This document shows positions 37,396 through 46,649 of a stretch of 64,000 nt of DNA, piece by piece. Source of the stretch: Fibrobacteria bacterium (GTDB lineage: Bacteria; Fibrobacterota; Fibrobacteria; UBA11236); NCBI GenBank assembly GCA_043745805.1, contig JAYTSD010000020.1, positions 1 to 64,000 on the forward strand. The letters are read 5' to 3'. The translations under genes were made by a program, and so were the position numbers. The first letter of the stretch is position 1; each line of letters begins with the position of its first letter. Under the pieces are notes generated by a model. That model searched no databases, was not told the origin of the DNA, and saw nothing but the letters and a program-made list of their open reading frames with translations.

Positions 37396-38763
37396 ATGTC
37401 AAGAATACTCATTGTGGATGATGAAGCAAAACTTCGCACCTTAATTGCCATGGCTTTAGAGGCCGAAGGCTGGGAAACCTTGGAGGCAGGAAGTGGCGAA
37501 GAAGCCCTACACGTTTTAGAAAAAAATAGCTTTGATGTTTTAATTACCGATATTCGTATGCCAGGAATATCTGGCTTAGAATTATTAAAAAAAGCAAAAG
37601 GTCTTTCGCCAAGCTTAGAATTTTTGGTGATGACAGCTTATGCCGATGCAGCTACTGGCGTAGAGGCCATGCGCAGCGGGGCTCTGGAGTATTTGATTAA
37701 ACCTTTCGAAATGGATGAATTGACCTTATTGGTTAAAACGGCCATTGAACGACGCAAATTAAAACTCGAATTAAGTGATTTAAGAGAAAGAGAATTTGGA
37801 CGTTACCGTTTGGATCGAATTGTTGGCCATTCCAAAGCAATGCAAGAAGTTATTCGACAATGTAAAATGGTCGCTACGCGTGATACCACGGTATTGATTC
37901 GTGGAAATAGTGGTACTGGAAAAGAATTGATTGCTCGCGGCATTCATAATCAAAGTGGGCGTGAAGTTTTTGTGGCGGTGAATTGTGGTGCAGTTCCTGA
38001 AAATCTTTTGGAATCGGAATTATTTGGTCATGAAAAAGGATCTTTTACGGGAGCCGCCACCACTAAAATTGGTTATTTCGAACGGGCCGGTTTAGGAACT
38101 ATTTTTTTAGATGAAATTGGTGACGTGTCTCCTGCTATGCAGGTAAAGCTCCTGAGAGTATTGCAGGAAAAAGAATTTACTCGAGTGGGCGGCCAACAAG
38201 TTTTGAAAACTCAAGCAAGAGTTATCACGGCCACACATCGAAATTTAGAAGAGGAAGTGGAGCAGAAACATTTTCGCCAAGATTTATATTATCGCTTAAA
38301 TGTTTTTCCAGTGTTTGTGCCCTCACTATCGGAGCGGTTAGTGGATATTCCTGATTTGGTAGATACCTTTTTAAAGAAGTTTCGTCATGAAGCAGGTTTG
38401 GCAGAAGGGGTACTTTCTAAGCTACTGGAATATTCTTGGCCTGGTAATGTAAGGGAACTGGAAAATTGCTTGGAGCGAGCGGCTATTATGGCGGCGGGCA
38501 AGTCTATTGAATTGCATCAACTTCCAGAATATGTGCGGTCTAAAAAAGTTTTAGAAAAAGCTTCTGCTTTTCGGCTTCCCGAAACCGGATTATCATTAGA
38601 GGAGTTGGAAAAAAGTTTGGTTTTGCAGGCTTTGGATATGGCCAAAGGAAATAAAACCAAAGCCGCTGTATTACTAGGAATCTCTCGACGCGCGCTTTAT
38701 TCAAAAATGCATACGCATTCTATTCGCGGTTATGGCGAAGAGGAATCTGTAAAAGCTGAATAG
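37396..38763 (+). CDS. Sigma54-dependent response regulator (NtrC/ZraR/AtoC type)
   Basis: Receiver (IVDDE, TDIRMP, KPF); AAA+ GNSGTGKE, ESELFGHEKGSFTGA, LDEIG, WPGNVREL; Fis-type HTH; ATG at 37396. Confidence 0.95.
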   Translation: MSRILIVDDEAKLRTLIAMALEAEGWETLEAGSGEEALHVLEKNSFDVLITDIRMPGISGLELLKKAKGLSPSLEFLVMTAYADAATGVEAMRSGALEYLIKPFEMDELTLLVKTAIERRKLKLELSDLREREFGRYRLDRIVGHSKAMQEVIRQCKMVATRDTTVLIRGNSGTGKELIARGIHNQSGREVFVAVNCGAVPENLLESELFGHEKGSFTGAATTKIGYFERAGLGTIFLDEIGDVSPAMQVKLLRVLQEKEFTRVGGQQVLKTQARVITATHRNLEEEVEQKHFRQDLYYRLNVFPVFVPSLSERLVDIPDLVDTFLKKFRHEAGLAEGVLSKLLEYSWPGNVRELENCLERAAIMAAGKSIELHQLPEYVRSKKVLEKASAFRLPETGLSLEELEKSLVLQALDMAKGNKTKAAVLLGISRRALYSKMHTHSIRGYGEEESVKAE

Positions 38764-39715
38764 CTAATTCCCAAGCGGATTTCATGGATTGAAAATCCGC
38801 TTCTCCTTTACCCGCAATTTCAAAGGCTGTGCCATGATCAGGCGAGGTTCGGACAAAGGGTAACCCCAAAGTGCAATTTACACCATGAGCAAAATCCACC
38901 GTTTTCATAGGGCCAAAACCTTGATCATGATACATGGCTAGCACCGCATCGAATTGACCTTTTAAGCCTTGTAAAAATACCGTATCTCCTGGAAACGGTC
39001 CTTGTGTGGGGTAACCTTCACGTTTCAGTTCTTCCATAGCTGGAATTAAAATATCAATTTCTTCATGTCCAAAAAGCCCACCTTCACCCGCATGGGGGTT
39101 CACACCCGCTAAGGCAATACGTGGTTTAGCTGTGCGTGTGGCTAAAAGTGTTTTCCAGGTTAGTTTTACTACGGCCTTAATGCGCTGTTTGGTAATGACA
39201 TCAAGAGCTTGACGCAAAGATACATGATCCGTTACATGACTGACAATTAATTTCGGATGTACTAAAGCCATGATTACGGTTTCTGCGCGAGTCATTTTTT
39301 CTAAAATATCCGTATGCCCTACAAAATGATGCCCCGCAGCATTCATCGCCGTTTTATGTAACGGAGCAGTTACAATAGCCTCGGCCTCACCGCATAAGCA
39401 AGCTTCTACGGCATAGGTAAAATAATGATAAGCTGCATTACCACATACAGCCGATATTTTCCCCATTTCAAAATCGGCACTGCTGATTAAATCTAAGCTG
39501 CGCACTTTCACATAATTTTCAATTGGGTTTTGATCTGAACAAAATTTAATCGGACTATGTAGTCGCTTAGCGGTTTCTTCGAGTATGGACTGTTCACCGA
39601 TAATAATATTTTCAATGCCTGCATGCAGGGGTAAAGTATTTAAAGTCTTAACAATGACTTCTGGACCAATGCCAGCAGGGTCGCCTAAAGTAATAAGGAT
39701 TTTTTTTGTAACCAT
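38720..39715 (-). CDS. pdxA: 4-hydroxythreonine-4-phosphate dehydrogenase PdxA family
   Basis: GDPAGIGPE, TAPLHK, GHTD, NPHAGEGGLFG, MYHDQG, RTSPDHGTAF; convergent 44-nt overlap with the regulator. Confidence 0.93.
   Translation of the reverse strand: MVTKKILITLGDPAGIGPEVIVKTLNTLPLHAGIENIIIGEQSILEETAKRLHSPIKFCSDQNPIENYVKVRSLDLISSADFEMGKISAVCGNAAYHYFTYAVEACLCGEAEAIVTAPLHKTAMNAAGHHFVGHTDILEKMTRAETVIMALVHPKLIVSHVTDHVSLRQALDVITKQRIKAVVKLTWKTLLATRTAKPRIALAGVNPHAGEGGLFGHEEIDILIPAMEELKREGYPTQGPFPGDTVFLQGLKGQFDAVLAMYHDQGFGPMKTVDFAHGVNCTLGLPFVRTSPDHGTAFEIAGKGEADFQSMKSAWELAIQLLQIPLRHNRE
39486..39508. repeat. 23-bp exact direct repeat, copy 1 (inside pdxA)
   Basis: ATTAAATCTAAGCTGCGCACTTT is identical to 40921-40943. 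Confidence 0.9.
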
Positions 39716-39818
39716 TCTCTTAATGTATTAATTGTAAGGCGACTAATCAGCGGAGAGAATTGATCCAAGAGAAGTAATGGCCTTAACCCATTGCCAATCA
39801 AGCAAATAGCTTAATAGA

Positions 39819-40877
39819 TTAAGGTGCATTGTTGTTCACAATGTAAGTCTTGCGAGCACCATCGGGTGTTTGGAGTATTACAGTATACATTCCCTTTTGT
39901 GAATGATTGGCAAATGGAATAGGCATTTGTACCAAACCTGTTTGCAATACAGGAAAATTTATTTGATTTAATTTTTTCCCGGAAACGGAAAATAAGGTAA
40001 CTTGAGCAATACCTTGTTGGGATGCATTAAAAGTCAATAATCCATTCCGAAATTCTGGATTTGCATTTGTGGTTCCTTTTCCATTTTTAAAAATGGCTAC
40101 GCCAGAGCTAACTATTAAAGTGTCAATTAATTGTGGAGCTACTTTGGGAGGAAGGCATTGGGGTTTTGCGAATTCACAAGCTTGCATCACATTCACATAT
40201 ACAGGATAAATACCATCATTGAGTGCAGTTGACTCAAAACTGGGCCCAAAAGGACGAAGATCCGCGATACAAACATTGTCTGGATGGTTTTCAATAACAA
40301 AGGATAAATTGATGTTTCCACTTTGTACTTCCAAAGCATTGTAGCTAAATGAGGTTTGGCAACTCCCATAAGTATTGCTTAATAATTTTAAAGTAAACGC
40401 GGATTTAGCAGGCACTGCTTTCGGGGTGATAAACCATGGTTTATTATTTTTAGTGATCACTAATGTATCAACTAATTCCAATGGGACTGCCATTTTGCAG
40501 GAAGGTACTTGCACCATACAAGGCGCGAGTGCCGAAGCATATACTTTATATTTTCCTGGGTTTAAGGCTGGCAATATATAGCTAGGCCCATAAGCTCTGA
40601 ATATCAAGGGACAAATTGCAGTAGAGTCTTGTTCTGCTAAAAAGGACAAAACAATTTCATCCCCGTTTACCGTTGCTTGTAAATGCGAAAATCTACTCCC
40701 GCAATTAAAGCCATAGCTTAATAAATCGATAGGAAAGCTCGCATCGGATAAAGCGGTTTTGGGTGAAATATTGTAAGTAATAATAGGAGAAGCTGCGGAT
40801 ATAGGTTTAACTATAAGAGCGAGCATAAAAAGGCAATACGCGTACAGGCATATTTTCCAAATTTTTTCAGTTTTCAT
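39819..40877 (-). CDS. Secreted protein, 2 x four-Cys repeat domain plus T9SS-like CTD (paralog A)
   Basis: Signal peptide; repeats ISP/ITP...C...F...I.LSF...C....[YF]GP...L..G.Y.VY...C...C...DTL; CTD LFSVSGK...GMYTV. Confidence 0.8.
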   Translation of the reverse strand: MKTEKIWKICLYAYCLFMLALIVKPISAASPIITYNISPKTALSDASFPIDLLSYGFNCGSRFSHLQATVNGDEIVLSFLAEQDSTAICPLIFRAYGPSYILPALNPGKYKVYASALAPCMVQVPSCKMAVPLELVDTLVITKNNKPWFITPKAVPAKSAFTLKLLSNTYGSCQTSFSYNALEVQSGNINLSFVIENHPDNVCIADLRPFGPSFESTALNDGIYPVYVNVMQACEFAKPQCLPPKVAPQLIDTLIVSSGVAIFKNGKGTTNANPEFRNGLLTFNASQQGIAQVTLFSVSGKKLNQINFPVLQTGLVQMPIPFANHSQKGMYTVILQTPDGARKTYIVNNNAP

Positions 40878-40920
40878 TTGTCACCATCATTCTTAAATAG
40901 TTAGTAGTTACTTATTAATT

Positions 40921-40943
40921 ATTAAATCTAAGCTGCGCACTTT
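40921..40943. repeat. 23-bp exact direct repeat, copy 2 (intergenic)
   Basis: Identical to 39486-39508; similarity extends to 40958 vs 39523 (33/38). Confidence 0.9.
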
Positions 40944-40966
40944 TACGCCATTTTTAATGTAACCCT

Positions 40967-41524
40967 CTAATATTTTGGCATAAAATTTAAGGGGATAAAT
41001 TCTTGGTAGATTTTTAAAGAATCAATATTTCCGTCAATTTTTATGGATTCACCATTTTTAACGATTTTTAGATTATAAGATTTCAGTGTATCTAAGTGCT
41101 CAGGTAGAAAGCCAGTTGCGAATTTGAAGATTAATTTTTTGTTTGTTGTATGGGAGTAATTTAAAGAATCAAAATTTGACGGCATGGTAAAACAAGTTAC
41201 AAATCCACCGCCTTCACCACCCCAGTCCATATAGTAAGAATAAACAAAGACAGTAGAATCCCCATCTAAGAATTGTACAGGACTCGAGGTTGTTTTTACC
41301 AATCCAATATGCAAAGTTTTTTTAGCCAGTAAATTCGTTTTTGTGGTAATTATCGCGTTTCCTTCGTCAATTGGAGCAGAAATTAATGGATCATTTGGCA
41401 CATTAGCAATACTCAGATCTTTATTTGTTGTATCTGAATTTGAACAGCCAGATATAATAAATAATGCAAATAAAATAATGCAACAAGTATAAACGTTAAG
41501 GGATTTGTGTTTAGGGTTACACAT
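40967..41524 (-). CDS. Hypothetical lipoprotein
   Basis: AAAGGA RBS before the ATG at 41524; hydrophobic stretch ending IISG-C. Confidence 0.65.
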   Translation of the reverse strand: MCNPKHKSLNVYTCCIILFALFIISGCSNSDTTNKDLSIANVPNDPLISAPIDEGNAIITTKTNLLAKKTLHIGLVKTTSSPVQFLDGDSTVFVYSYYMDWGGEGGGFVTCFTMPSNFDSLNYSHTTNKKLIFKFATGFLPEHLDTLKSYNLKIVKNGESIKIDGNIDSLKIYQEFIPLNFMPKY

Positions 41525-41596
41525 AAATATCCTTTCTAGCACGGTTCAAAGGACGTTTTGCAAAGCTTCAATAGAATCACAAATTAATTCCAATTA

Positions 41597-42646
41597 CTAT
41601 GGAATAATAAATGTTTGTAATGTCGGTTTAGCTTCACCGGATTTCATTTTTAAAATGTAAGTCCCTGATTTTAAACCGTTTTTCAAAGGCCAAGCGAAAG
41701 AAGTATTGCTTCCTGCAAAGCTTTGCTTCGCATAAGTGTCAATGCGCGATCCTTTTAAAGAATAAATTTCCAATGAAACCTTGCCTTGTATCATTTTTGG
41801 CAAGGTTAAAGTCAATAAATTGCCCTGAGCTTGAATTTGAATTTTTGGAAATAAGTGGTTTTGCGAAGCGAGTACACTTAAGCCTTCGGTTACATATAAT
41901 GTGTCAACTGTGATCCAAGAAAAGACTTGTGGACATAAGAAGTCAGGAGGGCACTGCCGCGTGATGTAAATTTGTACAGGATAAATACCTGCTTTAAGCC
42001 CATTTACGGAAAAAGAAGGCCCCCACGGAGTTATAGAGGTGATACAACGGTATTCAGAATGATGTTCATAATTAAAATTAGCATGAATAGATCCGTTTTG
42101 TAATATCGCTGAACGGTTAGTAAACACATCTTGGCAATTTTCATAATCATAATTTAGAAGTTGTAGGGTAAAGCTTTGATTTGGAGTTGCAGTATTAGGA
42201 TTTATAAACCAGCCCACCCTATCTTCTATAGTTAAAGTATCTACAAATACCAGCGGCACTGCCATCTTACATACTGAAGGCACTTGCACTTGGCAAGGAA
42301 CTAGAGGCGAAGCATAGACTTTATATTTTTTTGCTTTTAATTCGGGTAAAGTAAATTGCGGACCATAAGGTTTATAAATAGCAGGACAAATTGCATTAGC
42401 ATTTTCTGTAGGTAAAAATGACAATACAATTTCGCTATCATTCGAAGTGACTTGAGTATGCGAGTAGGTTGTTCCGCAATTATAATTAAAACTCAATAAT
42501 GACAAAGTAATTTTCTCATTAGAAAAACCCCTTGTCGGGGTTATGCTAAAAGCTTTTTCCTTGATCTGTGCTTCAAGCAATGAAGACGTTATCAATAAAG
42601 CAAATAACAAAATGTGTCCATATTTTTTTACTTTGTGAAATTGCAT
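41597..42646 (-). CDS. Secreted protein, 2 x four-Cys repeat plus T9SS-like CTD (paralog B)
   Basis: GAGG RBS; signal peptide; same repeats; CTD IYSLKGS...LKSGTYILKM. Confidence 0.8.
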   Translation of the reverse strand: MQFHKVKKYGHILLFALLITSSLLEAQIKEKAFSITPTRGFSNEKITLSLLSFNYNCGTTYSHTQVTSNDSEIVLSFLPTENANAICPAIYKPYGPQFTLPELKAKKYKVYASPLVPCQVQVPSVCKMAVPLVFVDTLTIEDRVGWFINPNTATPNQSFTLQLLNYDYENCQDVFTNRSAILQNGSIHANFNYEHHSEYRCITSITPWGPSFSVNGLKAGIYPVQIYITRQCPPDFLCPQVFSWITVDTLYVTEGLSVLASQNHLFPKIQIQAQGNLLTLTLPKMIQGKVSLEIYSLKGSRIDTYAKQSFAGSNTSFAWPLKNGLKSGTYILKMKSGEAKPTLQTFIIP

Positions 42647-42713
42647 ATACACCTCATATCAATTATTAAACCTAAGCCAAAAACGATTATCAAACTCTTG
42701 ATTTCCGATAAAA

Positions 42714-44120
42714 TTATTTGGCCCACTTAAAAGTTTTCAGCATCGGTTGAAATCCCGAACCATTCAGTTTCAGTAAATAATTTCCCCGCAGTAAATTTTG
42801 TTCTAATGCTAAATTCAAATGATTAAGGCCCTTGGCTAAGTTAATAGGCGCGAAGCTTTTGATAAGGCTTCCTGCCAAAGAATAGATTTCTACGGTAACA
42901 TTGCATTTTTCTACCAAAGAAAATTGCAAAGCAAGATTTTCCCCTTGAGTGATTATCTGTAAATCTTTTTCATTCTTTTTATAAACATGAATTACATCTA
43001 AGGTGTTTAATACAAATAAGGTGTCATCCGGGATTTGATAAATTAAAAGACAGGCCGCTCCTGGTGGGCATTTAGGAGGAAGATGAGAGTATACAGGATA
43101 TGTTCCCACTTTAAGTCCAGGCATAAAAAAGGAGGGGCCAAAGGGACGAATGTCTGTTATGCAGCGAATTTCAGGATGATTCACAATGGTGAAATCAGTA
43201 TAAATAGTCCCATTTTCTATTAATACTGAAGGATTAATAAAACTAGTATTACAATTACCATAATCATTATTCAGCAATTGCAAAGTAAAATTTTGATTCG
43301 CCTTAGCTTGCTTAGGAGAAATATACCATCCCACTCTAGGCATTGGATTTTCAATACTTAAAGTATCTACGAATTCCTGGGGAATCGCGATTTTACAGGA
43401 GGGCACTTGTACTAAGCAAGGCACTAATTTGGAGACGGACACTTTATACTTTCCAGCTTTCAAAGCAGGGATAGTAAAATTGGGGCCATAGGCATTAAAT
43501 ATAAGTGGACAGGCAATAACGGTTTGTTCACTAGGTAAAAAGGACAAATTAATTTGATCTCCATTTACAGTAACCTGTTGATGAGAAAAGGATGTGCCGC
43601 AATTAAATTGATTGCTAAGCAAGGACAAGGTAAAGGATTTATTGGGAAGCGAATTTGTAGGGGTTATGCTATAAGCGTTTTGTTTTGGATTTACTATTAA
43701 AGTGTCGATAGGAGTGATAGGTTGAAGACCCAAACTATAACACCCTGAATCCAAGGCGCAATCATGCATTCGATTGTCATATATTTCATATTTTCCCGCA
43801 GCGAGAGCTGGAAGATCAAACACGGGACCATATGCAAATGGCTTCCCATCAAGCTTGAAACAAGGAATTGATGCATCGCGAAACTTATAACTCAACATAA
43901 TTTTTTTACCCTCAATGCTTGCTGATAAAGACGAAAACCTCATCGAACAATTGAAACCTTGCACCTGCAATTGAAAGTTTTGCCCTTCAGTAGTCGACGA
44001 GGGCGATATCCAAGCATTTTTTGGTAATGAATCAACAATTGGAGAAGCGGCATAAAGTTGTATTGGCAAAACACATATTATTAAGAACAGGTAAAAATTT
44101 GTCCACTTAAGTCTTTTCAT
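42714..44120 (-). CDS. Secreted protein, 3 x four-Cys repeat plus T9SS-like CTD (paralog C)
   Basis: AAGGA RBS before the ATG at 44120; signal peptide; three repeats; CTD IYSLAGS...RGNYLLKL. Confidence 0.8.
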   Translation of the reverse strand: MKRLKWTNFYLFLIICVLPIQLYAASPIVDSLPKNAWISPSSTTEGQNFQLQVQGFNCSMRFSSLSASIEGKKIMLSYKFRDASIPCFKLDGKPFAYGPVFDLPALAAGKYEIYDNRMHDCALDSGCYSLGLQPITPIDTLIVNPKQNAYSITPTNSLPNKSFTLSLLSNQFNCGTSFSHQQVTVNGDQINLSFLPSEQTVIACPLIFNAYGPNFTIPALKAGKYKVSVSKLVPCLVQVPSCKIAIPQEFVDTLSIENPMPRVGWYISPKQAKANQNFTLQLLNNDYGNCNTSFINPSVLIENGTIYTDFTIVNHPEIRCITDIRPFGPSFFMPGLKVGTYPVYSHLPPKCPPGAACLLIYQIPDDTLFVLNTLDVIHVYKKNEKDLQIITQGENLALQFSLVEKCNVTVEIYSLAGSLIKSFAPINLAKGLNHLNLALEQNLLRGNYLLKLNGSGFQPMLKTFKWAK

Positions 44121-44382
44121 TTTGGCTTCCTTTATGTTAATAAAAAGCAAATTACTAATGTAGTGTAAACTATAATCAATTATTTAAAATAAAGCCGCAT
44201 ATTATTTAAATAAATCTTATAAAATGAACTTATTTGTAGTGTAATTAAAATTTAAAAAGACAAGTATTGGCTAAATTTGGCGAAAAAATGGATTACAAAG
44301 CTGAATCCTTAAGGTGCCTATCCGTGACTTAATTGCAAAAGCTAACTTTGCTTTCTTTTCAAAATTCATTTAAGGAAAAAAT

Positions 44383-46062
44383 ATGGCTGAGAAATTCATC
44401 TATTATATGCACCGAATGACCAAGATTTATCCACCCAGCAAAGAAGTATTAAAAAGTATTTCTTTGTCTTTTTACTATGGCGCAAAAATTGGCATCATCG
44501 GCTATAATGGTTCGGGTAAATCCACTTTGTTACGTATCATGGCCGGTACGGACACGGATTTTCAAGGCGAGGCTTGGTTAGAATCTGGGCGTACCGTAGG
44601 TTATTTGCCGCAGGAGCCTAAGCTCGATGAAAGCCTTGATGTTAAAGGCAATGTAGAGTTGGCTGTGAAGTCTACCATAACTTTGCTCGATAATTTTAAT
44701 GCCATTTCTTTAAAATTTGCAGATCCCATGTCCGATGACGAAATGCAAAAACTTTTGGATAAGCAAGCCAACTTACAAGATCAAATTGATGCTTGCGATG
44801 GCTGGAATTTAGATCGACATTTGGAAATCGCTATGGATGCTTTACGCTTGCCGCCTTCCGATGCAAGTGTGAAAAACTTATCAGGGGGTGAAAAGCGTCG
44901 CGTAGCCTTATGTCGTTTATTATTAGAAAAACCCGATTTGCTATTGCTGGATGAACCGACTAATCATTTAGATGCCGAATCTGTGGCTTGGCTCGAAAGA
45001 CATTTGCGAGAATATGCGGGTTCGGTGATTTTGGTTACCCATGATAGATATTTTCTTGACAATGTAGTTGGCTGGATTTTGGAATTGGATCGTGGCAAAG
45101 GCATTCCTTGGGAAGGAAATTATTCCGCTTGGTTGGAACAAAAAGGCAATCGTTTAGCACAAGAAGAAAAAGAAGAAACACGCCGTCAAAAACAATTGAA
45201 ACAAGAATTGGAATGGGTGAGGCTTTCGCAAAAAGCTCGCCAAGCCAAGGGCAAGGCGCGTTTGGCCGCTTATGAAAAATTAAGAGAAGAAATTACTCCC
45301 GACAAAATGCAAACGGCGCAAATTGTTATTCCACATGGCCCGCGTTTAGGCGATGTGGTGATACAGGCGAAAAATTTGAGTAAAGCGTATGGTGATACTT
45401 TATTATTTGATAATTTGGTTTTTGATTTACCTAGAGCCGGTATTGTAGGAGTGATTGGGCCAAATGGGGCAGGAAAAACCACCTTATTCAAATTAATTAC
45501 GGGCCAAGAAAAACCCGATGCGGGTGAATTAATTGTGGGAGAGTCTGTAAAGCTTAGTTATGTCGATCAATCACGTGATGCTTTAAATGGCGAAAAATCT
45601 GTATTTGAAGAAATCACGGGAGGAAAAGATTTAATCACTTTAGGTAATGCCGAAGTTAACTCGCGCGCTTATGTGGGAAAATTTAATTTCTCTGGTGGCG
45701 ATCAACAAAAGAAAGTTAAAGATTTATCTGGTGGTGAACGTAATCGCGTGCATTTGGCTAAGCTTTTGCAAACGGGTGGCAATTTACTTTTGCTCGATGA
45801 GCCGACTAATGATTTAGATGTCGATACTCTGCAAGCCCTGGAACAAGCCATTCTCAGCTTCTCTGGTTGTGTGGTGGTGATTTCTCATGATCGCTGGTTT
45901 TTGGATCGTATTGCAACGCATATGTTAGCCTTTGAAGGTAACAGCCAAGTTATTTGGCATGAAGGTAACTTTGCAGAATATGAAGAAGCCAAGAAAAAGC
46001 GTTTAGGTATTGATGCAGATCAGCCTACCCGATTAAAGTATAAGCCCTTAATTCGAAAGTAA
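44383..46062 (+). CDS. ettA: Energy-dependent translational throttle protein EttA (ABC-F)
   Basis: Two ABC domains; [45 protein letters not shown]. Confidence 0.96.
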   Translation: MAEKFIYYMHRMTKIYPPSKEVLKSISLSFYYGAKIGIIGYNGSGKSTLLRIMAGTDTDFQGEAWLESGRTVGYLPQEPKLDESLDVKGNVELAVKSTITLLDNFNAISLKFADPMSDDEMQKLLDKQANLQDQIDACDGWNLDRHLEIAMDALRLPPSDASVKNLSGGEKRRVALCRLLLEKPDLLLLDEPTNHLDAESVAWLERHLREYAGSVILVTHDRYFLDNVVGWILELDRGKGIPWEGNYSAWLEQKGNRLAQEEKEETRRQKQLKQELEWVRLSQKARQAKGKARLAAYEKLREEITPDKMQTAQIVIPHGPRLGDVVIQAKNLSKAYGDTLLFDNLVFDLPRAGIVGVIGPNGAGKTTLFKLITGQEKPDAGELIVGESVKLSYVDQSRDALNGEKSVFEEITGGKDLITLGNAEVNSRAYVGKFNFSGGDQQKKVKDLSGGERNRVHLAKLLQTGGNLLLLDEPTNDLDVDTLQALEQAILSFSGCVVVISHDRWFLDRIATHMLAFEGNSQVIWHEGNFAEYEEAKKKRLGIDADQPTRLKYKPLIRK

Positions 46063-46117
46063 TATTTGCTTTGGGGTAGTTTCACCTATTAGGAGAATGA
46101 TTAATACTGTTGATAAA

Positions 46118-46151
46118 GCTCAAAATCACTTCTATTCAAAGTGCTTTTGAG
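46118..46151 (+). terminator. Possible terminator hairpin after ettA
   Basis: CTCAAAATCACTT...AAGTGCTTTTGAG imperfect inverted repeat followed by an AT-rich tract. Confidence 0.4.
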
Positions 46152-46179
46152 TAAATTTTTTATTGAATTAATCCTATAC

Positions 46180-46208
46180 TTGAAATCCACTAATATTTTT
46201 TATATTGT
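46180..46208 (+). promoter_or_regulatory. Candidate sigma70 promoter for the small HTH gene
   Basis: TTGAAA (46180)-17 bp-TATTGT (46203). Confidence 0.5.
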
Positions 46209-46329
46209 TTGCGAACTTTTTTCGCAGAATGGGGTTGTGCGAAAAAGTTTCAACTTCCACTCCGTCTTTTTGATTCGAGTATAATTCGGATTTCAAAGAG
46301 ACTAAACTTTATAGTATTAAGGAAATAGG

Positions 46330-46620
46330 ATGAAACAGAAAAAAGGATTTACCGGAAATCGTTATAGCAAAGCCGAAAAAGCAGACATCGTTAAGTTTGT
46401 AGAAGACTATGATGCTAAAAATGGACGTGGCGGTATTGCTACAGCTCAACGTAAATTCAAAGTCAGTTATATTGCTTTGCGCAATTGGATTGCTGGATCA
46501 AATATTGGTAGCAAAAAAAGCGGTGCTGGAGTTGGTGCGGTTTTAGCCCAATTACAATTGCTAAAGAATCAAATGAAAGATTTGGAACGCGCAGTACGCA
46601 AATTGAAAAAAACGGCTTAA
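46330..46620 (+). CDS. Small basic HTH protein with C-terminal coiled coil
   Basis: RYSKAEKADIV...GIATAQRKFKVSYIALRNW HTH-like pattern; about 22 K/R vs 7 D/E; AAGGA RBS. Confidence 0.8.
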   Translation: MKQKKGFTGNRYSKAEKADIVKFVEDYDAKNGRGGIATAQRKFKVSYIALRNWIAGSNIGSKKSGAGVGAVLAQLQLLKNQMKDLERAVRKLKKTA

Positions 46621-46649
46621 TCGTCGTTTAATAAAAAGTAAAGCAAAAA

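Noticed and set aside
46330-46620. IS3 OrfA / transposase remnant
   Set aside because: No OrfB, frameshift signal or terminal repeats; it has its own promoter, leader and RBS
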